Shown here: in pieces, positions 28,345 to 38,077 of the stretch
Layout of the letters: the number at the start of each line of letters is the position of its first letter
How positions within the stretch are numbered: the stretch's first letter is position 1
Origin: Chthoniobacterales bacterium
Lineage (GTDB): Bacteria > Verrucomicrobiota > Verrucomicrobiia > Chthoniobacterales > UBA10450
Length of the DNA stretch: 58,081 nt
Direction of reading: 5' to 3'
Assembly (NCBI GenBank): GCA_036502465.1
Contig: DASXYO010000163.1
Span: forward strand, 1-58,081
The notes under the pieces: model-generated
What the model saw: only the letters and a program-made list of their open reading frames with translations
What the model was told of the DNA's origin: nothing
Databases searched by the model: none
Translations under genes and position numbers: made by a program

Positions 28345-31167
28345 ATGTCCTTCCGCAAACGTCTTGTCGTTTTCCTGCTCTTCGTCCTCGTGGCCGGAGC
28401 GCTCGACGCGCTCTTTGCGCCTTTTGTCATCGCGCACGGCGTGCGCTGGTGGATTGAGTGGGCCGCTCAGCGCCAGGGATTGTCGGCGGAGATCGAGCAG
28501 GTCGATGCGCCGTTTCTGCGCCCCGTCACGATTCGGAATCTGTCGTTCGAGCCGGGCATAAAAACGGAGCACCAGATATCGTTAGGCATTAGCACTGCCA
28601 CGATCGATCTAAATCTGCGGGGCTGGCTTTTTCGAAAAGACGCAAACCTGCTGCACTCCGTCCGCCTCGCGCGGGTGACCGGGAAGATTCAGATGCCGGT
28701 CGCGCCTGTCGTGGCCGCCCGGCTGGATTGGCGTCCGTGGTCGCGTCTCCTGCCTGATGAGATTCAGGTCAATGACCTGAATCTCGACGTGGCGAGCGGA
28801 GCAACGGCGGTCAGCCTGCGCGGGATCTTGCTGACCGCGAGCTCAATAGAATCGGGCAGGTTTTTCGCCCGCGAGATTTACGTGACGGCTCCGCTCTTGC
28901 GCCAGACATTCAGCAACCTGCGCGGGGCGACTTCGTGGGAAGGTTCGCGCCTAACGATTGCCGGAATCCCGCTGGCCCGCGGCCTTGACCTCGAGGTGCT
29001 CACCTTCGATCTCTCGCGCCTCAGCAAACGTCGGCTCGGGATCGATCTCCAGCTGGATACTTACGGCGGGACTTTGCGCGCCAGTTTTCAGGGCCGCGGC
29101 GGCGAGAAATTTTCCATCGATCTGGCCGGCTCCGCGGCCAACATTTCGCTCGCGCAAATTTCCAGCGCGATGGGTTTTCTCGAGCCGGTCACCGGCTCGG
29201 TGCGCGCCTCGAAATTTACTTTTCGCGGGAACCCTGGCGAATTTCTGAACGCGACCGCCTCCATCTGGATGGAAGTAGCCGACTTCGCCTGGCGGGCGCG
29301 GCGCGCGGAGAGCGTGATGTTCGGTGCGACCTATTACGACCGGCGCCTCGAGGTGGATCAACTCTACGTCCGGCAGCGCGAGAATGAACTGACCGTGAAT
29401 GGCGAACTGCTTTGGCCGAAAAAGCTGAAGAGCTGGGCGCAGCTGCCGTTCCGCGGGCAGATCAACGCGACGATTCCCGACCTCAACGGTTTCGCGCAAT
29501 TGTTCGGTGCGACGACCGGCGATTTTTCCGGGGCGTTGACGGCCAAAGGCGACGTTGATCTGGTCAATCCGGAAGCGGCGGGCCGCCTCGCCTGGAATGG
29601 ACAGGGAGTGACTTTTCGCGGAGTGGCGCTGGAGTCGTTAGGCGCGTCGATTCAGTTGCATGGCCGCGAGGTTGTTTTGGAAAATCTGGAGGCCCGTCAC
29701 GGGGAAGATTTTCTGCGCGGGCAGGGAAGCATCGAACTGACGGCGGGACATCGATTTTCCGGTCGCCTGACCGGCGCAATCGCCGATCTGGGAGTTTACG
29801 CGCCGCTTCTTCCCTCGGAATGGCGCGCCGGGAAAATCGGCGGCGGAGCCACCTTTGACTGGCGCGGGGACGGAACCCTGGCCGCGCACTCCGGCACGGT
29901 GCAGCTTTTCGCACACGGGCTGCAACTGCCGGTCGCTCCCCTCCGCCGGCCGCTCGATCTCATCCTCGAGGGAAGTTATTCGCCGCGGGACATTTTTTTC
30001 CGCACTTTCAGCCTGGCGAACGATCATTTCTCGTTAGGCGGATTTCTCATGCTGGGGAGCAATTTCATCGAACTCCAGACCTTCGAATTGCTGCTCGACG
30101 GGACGCGCCGCGCCAGCGGAACACTTTTTCTTCCCTTCAGCTTCGAGCGCTGGCGAACGACGCGGAGCTGGCTGGCGGCGTTCGATGAAGAGCAGAAGTT
30201 CGATGTCGATCTCGCGCTCGATCATCTCGATCTCACAAAGCTGGGCAGCGCGGTTGGTGAGTCGTTAGGCAGCGGAATTCTCGATGGCAAACTGGCTGCG
30301 TTTGGCCTTCTCGGTGGCTTGCAGGTGACGACCGATTGGCGCCTAAAGAATTTCGGAGCGACCAAGAGCCCTAATGCGATGGACTTTCACGGACGACTCG
30401 ATGGCGGGCGAATGGAGTCACAGACGACGGCGACATTTGGCGTTTCTGACCCGGTTAGTGTCTACGCTTCCTTGCCCTTATTGCTCGGGAAGAAACGTAT
30501 GGAATCTGGAGACTGGATTGATCCGGCGGCTTCTTTGTCCGCCAATCTCGATTTTCCGGCGCTTTTTCTCGAGACCCTGCCTAACGACTGGCGAATCGGC
30601 GACGGGCGTGGATTGGTGACAGGCCATATTTCCTGGACCGGTAAATTTCCGGCTCCGACGATCAGCGGAGAGGCGGACATCGTGAACGCGGCTTTCCAAC
30701 CGCCGCCGCCCTGGCCGGAAGTGTCCGCGCTTCGAGCGCATGTCCTGTTCACCGACTCGGTCGCCCGGATTGATTCTCTGCGCTGCGAAGTCGATTCAAT
30801 TCCCCTCGATCTGCGAGGCCGCTTCACGACTAATTCGACAGGATATGCCCTGACTGTTTCCCCGGTTAACGGGCGAGTCGAGTTGCTTAGTCAACCGTCC
30901 GAAGGCGCTACGCTCTCAAGCGTGCGGGTGCTCGGTGGCGGCCGGAGTGAGGGGCAGCCTTTGCTGCGGGAGGCACTTGTCCGCGGGACCGTCTTGCCGT
31001 CGGCACTTAGTGTAACGGTGAAAAGCGGCTCCAAATCTGGCGAGACTGTGTCCCAAGCAACCTATTTCGCGCCGTCTCGCCTAACGAATGGTGGCCCACT
31101 CCTGATCCGAATCGTATCGCCAGAAAATTCCCCCGGACTGGAACTTGGCGGTCCCGAACGTCCCTAG
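28345..31167 (+). CDS. Large (940 aa) membrane-anchored hypothetical protein, possibly AsmA/TamB-like
   Basis: N-terminal TM anchor (LVVFLLFVLVAGALDALFAPFVIA), followed by a long beta-rich, Gly/Leu-rich region without catalytic motifs. The functional call is an inference from architecture only. Confidence 0.45.
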   Translation: MSFRKRLVVFLLFVLVAGALDALFAPFVIAHGVRWWIEWAAQRQGLSAEIEQVDAPFLRPVTIRNLSFEPGIKTEHQISLGISTATIDLNLRGWLFRKDANLLHSVRLARVTGKIQMPVAPVVAARLDWRPWSRLLPDEIQVNDLNLDVASGATAVSLRGILLTASSIESGRFFAREIYVTAPLLRQTFSNLRGATSWEGSRLTIAGIPLARGLDLEVLTFDLSRLSKRRLGIDLQLDTYGGTLRASFQGRGGEKFSIDLAGSAANISLAQISSAMGFLEPVTGSVRASKFTFRGNPGEFLNATASIWMEVADFAWRARRAESVMFGATYYDRRLEVDQLYVRQRENELTVNGELLWPKKLKSWAQLPFRGQINATIPDLNGFAQLFGATTGDFSGALTAKGDVDLVNPEAAGRLAWNGQGVTFRGVALESLGASIQLHGREVVLENLEARHGEDFLRGQGSIELTAGHRFSGRLTGAIADLGVYAPLLPSEWRAGKIGGGATFDWRGDGTLAAHSGTVQLFAHGLQLPVAPLRRPLDLILEGSYSPRDIFFRTFSLANDHFSLGGFLMLGSNFIELQTFELLLDGTRRASGTLFLPFSFERWRTTRSWLAAFDEEQKFDVDLALDHLDLTKLGSAVGESLGSGILDGKLAAFGLLGGLQVTTDWRLKNFGATKSPNAMDFHGRLDGGRMESQTTATFGVSDPVSVYASLPLLLGKKRMESGDWIDPAASLSANLDFPALFLETLPNDWRIGDGRGLVTGHISWTGKFPAPTISGEADIVNAAFQPPPPWPEVSALRAHVLFTDSVARIDSLRCEVDSIPLDLRGRFTTNSTGYALTVSPVNGRVELLSQPSEGATLSSVRVLGGGRSEGQPLLREALVRGTVLPSALSVTVKSGSKSGETVSQATYFAPSRLTNGGPLLIRIVSPENSPGLELGGPERP

Positions 31168-31529
31168 TGATAAACGAAGCCGGTCGCCGTCACGACCTGC
31201 CCGTCGCGAATGAGCGCAGTATGTTTTTGCGCTCCGGTCGGCGCTCCAAAGATGTTGCGCGCGTTGACTGAGAAATCGACCAGGAATCCGGACACTATCC
31301 GGCCTTTCCCGACATCCAGTTCGCCCGGCCGCGGCTCGCCCAGGAATTTGATATTTGCGCTCCGCGGATCACCCAGATTGGCATTCAACCAGGAGGTGAT
31401 GATTTCCTTGTAGTTCGCCGGGTAGGCACCGTAAACCGCACCGGCTGGCGGCAGGTTCTGAGCGAAGCTGCCCGCCGAGAGCAGGGCGAAAACGGTCGCC
31501 AAAAAGAGACATCTCGATTGCCGTTTCAC
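31164..31529 (-). CDS. Small secreted hypothetical protein
   Basis: Cleavable signal peptide (LFLATVFALLSAGSFAQ). 121 aa. Shares a CTAG stop overlap with the convergent upstream gene. Confidence 0.45.
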   Translation of the reverse strand: MKRQSRCLFLATVFALLSAGSFAQNLPPAGAVYGAYPANYKEIITSWLNANLGDPRSANIKFLGEPRPGELDVGKGRIVSGFLVDFSVNARNIFGAPTGAQKHTALIRDGQVVTATGFVYH

Positions 31530-31617
31530 TTTTCAGAATAGCCATGCGACTGCCGAAAGTCGAGCACCTGGGAAAAACGAACTTCACTTTCAAAAAGCTC
31601 GCGCCTATGCGTCGTGG

Positions 31618-32925
31618 ATGAAGTCCGCCTTTCTTCTCCTTGCCGCCTGGTTAACGATTTCAGGCTCTCTCGTCCAGGCGCAACCGGCACCATCCGCGCC
31701 CCTAACGAACGCGTCGGCCAATACGAAATCATTCGATCCGGCGGCGGCGACCCGCGCCTGGCTGGCGACGGTTCCGGCCGAGAAAAGGGCGCGATCAGAT
31801 GCCTATTTCGAAGGCGGCTACTGGCTCATTCTTTGGAATTGTTTGCTCGCGGTCGCGATTGCCATTTTCTTTCTGGCGAGCGGACTTTCGGCGCGCCTGC
31901 GCGATTTCGCGGAACGGCTCACGCGTTCCAAAATTCTCCAGCCCGCTCTCTACGCGATTCCCTATGTCGTCATCGTCTATCTGCTCTCGTTCCCCTTGCT
32001 GGTTTACTCCGACTTCTTTCGCGAGCATGCCTACGGGCTGGCCAACCAGAGTTTCGGGCCCTGGTTTGGCGAGCAGCTCATTGGTCTTGCTCTAACGATC
32101 GCCTTCAGCAGCCTCCTGATGATGGCGCTCTACGCGGCGTTTCGGCGTGCGCCGCGGACCTGGTGGCTCTGGGGATCGGGCCTCGGCCTTCTTTTTCTCG
32201 CCCTGCAAATGTTGATCGCGCCGGTTTTCATCGCGCCTCTTTTTAATAAATACACTCCGCTCTCCGACCCGAAGATCAGCCAGCCGATTCTGGCCATGGC
32301 CACGGCCAACCAAATTCCGGTGCATCAGGTTTTCGAAGTGGACGCGTCGCGCCAGAGCAAACGAGTGAGCGCAAACGTGTCGGGACTTTTCGGGACGACG
32401 CGGATCTCACTGAACGACAATCTGCTCAAGCAATGCACGCTCCCGGAAATCCGGATCGTCATGGCGCACGAGATGGGCCATTACGTCCTCAATCACGCCT
32501 TTAAATTGATCCTCTATTTTGGCCTGTTCGTGGCTGGTGCCTTCGCTTTTTCCTTCGTTTTCTTCGAACGCGCCATCCGGCGCTGGGGCGCGCCCTGGCG
32601 TGTCCGCGGAGTGGCGGACCCGGCGGGGCTGCCCCTTCTCGTGTTGCTTTTCACGCTTTATTTTTTTCTTCTCACGCCGCTCGCCAACACGGCGATTCGG
32701 GTGACGGAACGGGAAGCGGACGCTTTTGGAATCAACACCGCCCGGGAAGCGGATGGCTTTGCAATGGTGGCGCTCAAGCTCGGAACATATCGCAAGCTCG
32801 ATCCCGGCTCGCTCGAAGAGATTGTTTTTTTCGATCACCCGAGCGGCCGCGCCCGGATTCGGATGGCGATGGATTGGAAGGCGGCCAACCTGCCGCCCGG
32901 GGACGCCGGTGGTACTACTCGTTAG
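31618..32925 (+). CDS. M48-family zinc metallopeptidase (Ste24/HtpX-like)
   Basis: HExxH motif (HEMGHYVLNH). Multiple TM helices with an N-terminal signal/anchor. The TAG stop lies inside a TCGTTAGG motif copy. Confidence 0.8.
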   Translation: MKSAFLLLAAWLTISGSLVQAQPAPSAPLTNASANTKSFDPAAATRAWLATVPAEKRARSDAYFEGGYWLILWNCLLAVAIAIFFLASGLSARLRDFAERLTRSKILQPALYAIPYVVIVYLLSFPLLVYSDFFREHAYGLANQSFGPWFGEQLIGLALTIAFSSLLMMALYAAFRRAPRTWWLWGSGLGLLFLALQMLIAPVFIAPLFNKYTPLSDPKISQPILAMATANQIPVHQVFEVDASRQSKRVSANVSGLFGTTRISLNDNLLKQCTLPEIRIVMAHEMGHYVLNHAFKLILYFGLFVAGAFAFSFVFFERAIRRWGAPWRVRGVADPAGLPLLVLLFTLYFFLLTPLANTAIRVTEREADAFGINTAREADGFAMVALKLGTYRKLDPGSLEEIVFFDHPSGRARIRMAMDWKAANLPPGDAGGTTR

Positions 32926-33033
32926 GTGCTATGGAGAGGGCGAAGGCGATTCGTTAGGGGTGACGATCGGCGCGGCCGGGGCAGGAGTGGCGCTGGAAGC
33001 AGGCGTTGCCGGGGTTGGGGAGGATTCGTTAGG
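32919..33033. repeat. Cluster of three TCGTTAGG motif copies at a convergent gene junction
   Basis: Exact copies at 32919, 32951 and 33026. The first holds the M48 stop codon. The other two encode the repeated PNES of the nuclease tail on the minus strand. Confidence 0.9.
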
Positions 33034-34140
33034 GCCGAGCACTTTCTCGAGTAAATCGGCCAATCGCCATCCGGCAAGTTGCATTTCCTGGAGCACGACC
33101 CGGGCGGACCATTTACTATACGACAGACCGTCCTTCATCGGTTCTTCCACGACTTCGCCGTCGGCTACCATCTTTTCGTGGTCCAGTTTCGGCGTCACGT
33201 TCTGATAGCGGAGTCGTTCGTGGACTTGTCGCGCGAGGGGCAGGATGCTGTTCGCCCACGCTTCGGGGTAATCGCTCACCGGCAGGCTCGAGGGCAGCCG
33301 CCAATTCTTCGGTTCCTCTTTCGCCAGGCGATCGCTCAATTCTTTTTCCGCCCCATCCATCTTCGCCTGGCGTTCCTCTTTCGGCATGGTGTCGGGAAAT
33401 TGCGGCAGGTTCGCGAAGACGGTGTCGCCATCCCAGAAACCGTGCAGCTTCGGGTCCTTCTTCCGCGGGACGAAGTCGCGTGTCAGCTTTAGGCGAAGTG
33501 AATTGCCGCCCTCGTCCGGGAAGACTTCGCCGCCGCGCTCGGGGTCGACCGGCTGCCCCTTGGCATCGAAATACTGCGCGCCGACATGGAGTGGCTGGTG
33601 AATGTCGCCAACGAAGTGCGCAAGGAGAATGAGCGCGACCGGCTTGGTGATTTTGCGCGCGTTCTCCTCCGGTTCCTTGCCCTGCAGGACGGCGATGCAA
33701 AAGCGCATCATGTGGACGATGTCCCATTGGCTGCGCCCGACTTTACCGTCGGCGTAGTTCGCGTTACCGACGAGCGGCACGTCGGTGTAGTGGAACCAGT
33801 GGTGCGACGGAACCGGCGACTTATCGTCCGTCGTGGGCGGATTCGCTTTCCAAAATTCACGCAGCTGTTCCGCGATCTTCGGATGCGAGGAAAAATATTT
33901 TTGCACCTTGGGATCATCGATCCCGGGCTTGTCCCATTGCTTGATCGTGTCAGCGATGATCGAGGCCTCCTCCAGGGTGTAGCCATCGAGCAACTCGGTG
34001 ACGCGCGCTCCTGCAGGCGTGCCGGCCAGCTTCTTGTCGGCGATTGCCCCGATGATTTTATGGCCGTCCGGCCCGTAAGCGTGGACCGTTGGCGCCAAAG
34101 CAAGGGCTAGCAAGAGCGAGTAAAAAAAAGATTTCTTCAT
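32929..34140 (-). CDS. Secreted S1/P1-type zinc nuclease with a Pro/Ser/Thr/Ala-rich C-terminal tail
   Basis: Signal peptide, then S1/P1 nuclease-like motifs (YGPDGHKIIG; HWFHYTDVP; AHFVGDIHQPLHV; GGN; LHGFWD). Low-complexity tail (SSPTPATPASSATPAPAAP..PSPSP). Confidence 0.75.
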   Translation of the reverse strand: MKKSFFYSLLLALALAPTVHAYGPDGHKIIGAIADKKLAGTPAGARVTELLDGYTLEEASIIADTIKQWDKPGIDDPKVQKYFSSHPKIAEQLREFWKANPPTTDDKSPVPSHHWFHYTDVPLVGNANYADGKVGRSQWDIVHMMRFCIAVLQGKEPEENARKITKPVALILLAHFVGDIHQPLHVGAQYFDAKGQPVDPERGGEVFPDEGGNSLRLKLTRDFVPRKKDPKLHGFWDGDTVFANLPQFPDTMPKEERQAKMDGAEKELSDRLAKEEPKNWRLPSSLPVSDYPEAWANSILPLARQVHERLRYQNVTPKLDHEKMVADGEVVEEPMKDGLSYSKWSARVVLQEMQLAGWRLADLLEKVLGPNESSPTPATPASSATPAPAAPIVTPNESPSPSP

Positions 34141-34148
34141 GAAGCCGG

Positions 34149-34252
34149 CCTAACGATAACAGGAAAAGACAAGAGCGGAGCCGCGAATGACTGCGCGGCC
34201 GAAACTCTCTCCGCCTCTCCGGCGTTTGACAAGAACGGATCTCGCCTAACGA
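34149..34252. repeat. Two direct CCTAACGA motif copies in the nuclease-smc spacer
   Basis: Exact copies at 34149 and 34245. The second contains the minus-strand TAG stop of smc (34246-34248). Confidence 0.9.
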
Positions 34253-37200
34253 CTGGCGGCGAGATTTTCCGTGGCGTCGTTCAGCTCGAGCGGCTTCTGC
34301 TGCGCCGGCGCCTGTTCGCGCGCGGGCAGACTTTCGCCCTCAGGCTTGGCGGCGCTGAGGCGCATCCCGACAAGGCGGCTGATGCCACGTTCTTCCATCG
34401 TCACCCCGTAAAGAATATCGGCTTTCGCGATCGTCCGTTTGTTGTGCGTGATGATGATGAACTGGCTCTGCGCGATGAAGCGATCGAGCATCTTGATGAA
34501 GCGGTTGATGTTCGATTCGTCGAGCGGCGCGTCCATTTCGTCGAGGATGCAGAACGGACTCGGCCGCACCATGTAGATGGCGAAGAGGAGTGCGACGGCC
34601 GTCATCGTGCGCTCGCCGCCGGAGAGAAGCGAGACGCTCTGCAATTGTTTGCCCGGCGGCTTGGCGATGATGTCGATGCCGCAGTTGAGCGCGTCGTTCT
34701 CGTCGAGGAGCGCGAGATCGGCGCGCCCACCACCGAAAAGCTCGGCGAACATTTCGCGGAAATTGATCCGCACCTGCGCAAAAGTTTCGGCGAAAAGTTT
34801 CTCCGTCGTCTGGTTGATGCGGGCGATGACGTCGAGCAACTCGCGGCGCGAGTTCGTTAGGTCGGCATTTTGGGTTTCGAGGAAAGTGTGGCGCTCTTCC
34901 AGTTCGTCGTACTCATGGACGGCGTCCAGATTGACCGGTCCCATCGCGTCGAGCTGGCGAGTGAGTTGTTCGATGATTTCGCGGAGCTGCGCTTCGTCGA
35001 ACTCGGCGGCTTCCTCTCCGGCCGTTTCCGCTTCGGATTTCCCACGCTGTTTGGTTTGCGCGCGGTAAGTCTTGGTGAAGATGTAGCGATCGGGAGAAAA
35101 CTCGCGCAGGTCGACCTGGTAGCGGCGTATGACGTGCTCGGCCAGGTTCTCCATCTTGAGCTGCATCTGGGTTTGGCGAACCTCTTCCTTGCCGCGCGCA
35201 TCGTGCAGTTCGCTCAGGGCTTTGCGGCGATTGCGCAGATCCGCTTCCAGGTTGTTTACTTCCGTCAGGCGTTCGGCGCGCCGAGCTGCGATTTCTGTCA
35301 CGGCCAATTCCGCCTTGCCGAGTTCGCCGCCTTTTTCCTCGATCGCGCGTTCGGCTGCCAGCGTCTCCGTTGTCTGCTGCTCGCGGCGCGCCTGGTAGCT
35401 CGCGATGTCCGACCGGCGCGAAGCGAGGAGCTCGGCCAGCTCCGCCTGGCGCGCGGTCATCGGCTGGCGCTGGGTTTGCAACCCTTCGTGGCGCTGACGT
35501 TCGGTCGCAACCGCGAGCCGCAGCTCGTTCAGTTGCTCGGCCAGTTCGTCGTCACGCAGACGAGCAGCCTCAGTTTCTGACTGTAAGGCAGCTTGTCGTT
35601 GGCGCGCTTCTTCCAGGAACGAACGTTGCGTAGCCGCTTCGCCTTCCAACTGCTGCACACGCTCGGCGGAGCTGGCCAGTTGCTGGTCGAGAGTGGTGCG
35701 CTCCCATTCGAGGGCGTCCACTTTCCGCCCGACTTCGTGCACCTCGCGCTCGATTGCCGTGATCTGCGAAGTTGCCGCCGAATGCGCGCCGCGCGCCGCC
35801 TGATGCTGCTCGCGGACTCGCTCGAGGCGTTCGGTCTTTTCCGTTAGGCCACTTTCGATTTCTTCCCGGCGGTTTTGCAGGTTCCGTCGGTCGTCCAGCA
35901 ACGCGCGATGCTCCGTCGCGAGCGCGGCGATCTGTACCTTGCGCGCGAAAAGAGAACTGTTTTCCTCGTTTACCCGGCCGCCATAGATCACGCCCTTGGC
36001 GGAAATCAGGTCGCCCGCGATGGTGGCGAAGGCGAGGCCGGGAAAATCCCGTTTCAATTTCTGCGCCTGGTCGAGATCGGACACGAGAACGACTTCGCCT
36101 AACAAATGCCTAACGAGCGCTTCGAGCTCCGCGGGGGCGTGGACCTTTTCGGTCGCCCAGGCAAGGGCGCCGGGCGGGAGTTCGCCTGCGGTCGCCGGAG
36201 TGGCGGCGCTCAACTCAGGCACGATGAGGGCGGTTTGGCCAAGCTTACGGCTCGAGACGGTGGCGATGATCTCGCTCGCGAGCTCGGAATTCTGCAGGAC
36301 GATCGCGTGCAGGTTGCGTCCGAGGGCCGCCTCGACCGCCGGGATGAATTGTTCCTCGACCTCAATGAGCGAAGCCAGCGCGCCCGTGAGCGCCGGCAGG
36401 ATGCGGGACGGATCGTCGAGGCCGCGCAGGATCGCCTGCGAACCTTCGGTCAGGCCTTCGCCCTCGGCGTTCAGTTGCTGCAAAATCTCGAGCCGGGATT
36501 GCCGTTCGGCGATCGCGCGATCGCTCGTGATGAGCGCCGTTTCGGCTTCGCGCAGTTGCTGCTGTTGCCGGCTGAGCTCTTCTTCCGCGGCGGGAATTTG
36601 CGCCGCCAGGTCCTGCAACGCGTTGTGCTGTTCGTCCGCGCTTGCCTTGCTCGCGGAAAGTTGATTCGCGACCCGATCGCGAGCGCTGGATGCTTCGCCT
36701 AACGACGCCGCCAACTCCGCGAGGCGCGGCTCGGTCGCGGCGCGGCGGGAGACAGTCCCGGCGATCTCCGCTTCCAGGTCGGCCAGCCGGTTCTCCGCCT
36801 TCGAAATGGCGAGCTCGATCGTCTGCAATTCGCGCTCGCTTTCCTCGCGTTCGCGTCGCACTTCGGCGGCGTGGGTGTTGAGTTCCGCGAGTTCGGTTTG
36901 TTTCGCGGCCAGAAGGCGCTCGGTTTCGGAAAGGAGCAGGTCGGTGTCGTGAATTTCTGTTTCCTGCTGCGCGAGTTTGCCTTCGGTGGTCGTGATATCG
37001 AGCTCGTAACGCTCAATCAGGGTGCTCAGCTCCTGTGCTCGTTCGCGGTTGAATTCGATCCGGTTGCGATGCGACGCGATCTCGTTTTGCAGCCGCTGCA
37101 CTTCGGTGCGCGCGGCGTTGATCTGCGTATCGACTTCCTCCAGGCGGCCGCGGTGGGCCGTGACTTCGTTTTCCTGTTCCTCGATCGCGCTCTCGGTCGT

Positions 37201-37968
37201 GCGCTGGTCTTCGTCGAAACGGGCCGTGGCACTTCGTGAGCGCTCCATTGCCGCCTCGAGCAAATCGAGCTGGGCGCGAGAATGATGCGTGTCGAGCACT
37301 TGCAAATCGGCCATCAGCACCTGGTAACGGCGAGCCTTGCCAGCCTGGCGTTGAAGCGAACCGATCTGGCGTTTCACTTCCTTGATGATGTCGCCCAGGC
37401 GCAAAAGATTGGCCTCGGTCGCCTCCAGCTTGCGAAGCGCTTCCTTTTTTTGCCCCTTGTATTTCGTGATGCCGGCGGCTTCCTCGAACACCGAGCGGCG
37501 ATCTTCCGGGCGCGAGCTGAGGATCTGATCGATCCGGCCCTGTTCCATCATCGAATAAGCGCTGCGCCCGATGCCGGTGTCGGCGAAAAGCGCCTGGATG
37601 TCTTTCAAGCGGCAGACATTTTTGTTGAGCAGATATTCCGAATTCCCGTCGCGAAAAACACGCCGGCTGACCCGCACCTCGTGCCAATCGACACCAAGTT
37701 CCTGCGAGCAGTCGGTAAACGTGAGCGAAACCTCCGCGTAACCAACCGGCTTGCGGTTGTCCGTGCCGTTGAAAATGACGTCGGCCATTTCGCCGCCACG
37801 CAACGCCTTGGCCGATTGCTCGCCGAGGACCCAACGAACGGCGTCGAGGACGTTGGATTTGCCGCAGCCGTTAGGGCCGACAATGGCGGTTACGCCCTCG
37901 TGAAAGTTAAAGACGGTTTTGTCGGCGAAGGATTTGAAGCCGAAGAGCTCGAGCGATTGGAGATGCAT
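34246..37968 (-). CDS. smc: Chromosome partition protein SMC
   Basis: N-terminal Walker A (MHLQSLELFGFKSF..GPNGCGKSN), a long coiled coil with a hinge, and a C-terminal signature/Walker B (LSGGERTMTAVALLFA; FCILDEMDAPLD). Start set at the internal ATG at 37968 rather than 38013. Confidence 0.9.
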   Translation of the reverse strand: MHLQSLELFGFKSFADKTVFNFHEGVTAIVGPNGCGKSNVLDAVRWVLGEQSAKALRGGEMADVIFNGTDNRKPVGYAEVSLTFTDCSQELGVDWHEVRVSRRVFRDGNSEYLLNKNVCRLKDIQALFADTGIGRSAYSMMEQGRIDQILSSRPEDRRSVFEEAAGITKYKGQKKEALRKLEATEANLLRLGDIIKEVKRQIGSLQRQAGKARRYQVLMADLQVLDTHHSRAQLDLLEAAMERSRSATARFDEDQRTTESAIEEQENEVTAHRGRLEEVDTQINAARTEVQRLQNEIASHRNRIEFNRERAQELSTLIERYELDITTTEGKLAQQETEIHDTDLLLSETERLLAAKQTELAELNTHAAEVRREREESERELQTIELAISKAENRLADLEAEIAGTVSRRAATEPRLAELAASLGEASSARDRVANQLSASKASADEQHNALQDLAAQIPAAEEELSRQQQQLREAETALITSDRAIAERQSRLEILQQLNAEGEGLTEGSQAILRGLDDPSRILPALTGALASLIEVEEQFIPAVEAALGRNLHAIVLQNSELASEIIATVSSRKLGQTALIVPELSAATPATAGELPPGALAWATEKVHAPAELEALVRHLLGEVVLVSDLDQAQKLKRDFPGLAFATIAGDLISAKGVIYGGRVNEENSSLFARKVQIAALATEHRALLDDRRNLQNRREEIESGLTEKTERLERVREQHQAARGAHSAATSQITAIEREVHEVGRKVDALEWERTTLDQQLASSAERVQQLEGEAATQRSFLEEARQRQAALQSETEAARLRDDELAEQLNELRLAVATERQRHEGLQTQRQPMTARQAELAELLASRRSDIASYQARREQQTTETLAAERAIEEKGGELGKAELAVTEIAARRAERLTEVNNLEADLRNRRKALSELHDARGKEEVRQTQMQLKMENLAEHVIRRYQVDLREFSPDRYIFTKTYRAQTKQRGKSEAETAGEEAAEFDEAQLREIIEQLTRQLDAMGPVNLDAVHEYDELEERHTFLETQNADLTNSRRELLDVIARINQTTEKLFAETFAQVRINFREMFAELFGGGRADLALLDENDALNCGIDIIAKPPGKQLQSVSLLSGGERTMTAVALLFAIYMVRPSPFCILDEMDAPLDESNINRFIKMLDRFIAQSQFIIITHNKRTIAKADILYGVTMEERGISRLVGMRLSAAKPEGESLPAREQAPAQQKPLELNDATENLAASR

Positions 37969-38077
37969 GTTGGGACCTCTGGCGTGCATACAGCCACGAC
38001 CGGAGGCTGACAAGCAAAATAAACGCTATTTAGAGGGGCCGGGAGACAGGCTCGCACAAGATATGGTATGCCGGGCG

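Noticed and set aside
31164-31167. Palindromic CTAG shared by the stop codons of convergent gene pairs (31164-31167, and again at 44469-44472).
   Set aside because: It is real but trivial: two TAG stops overlapping on opposite strands. Two cases are not enough to suggest a function.
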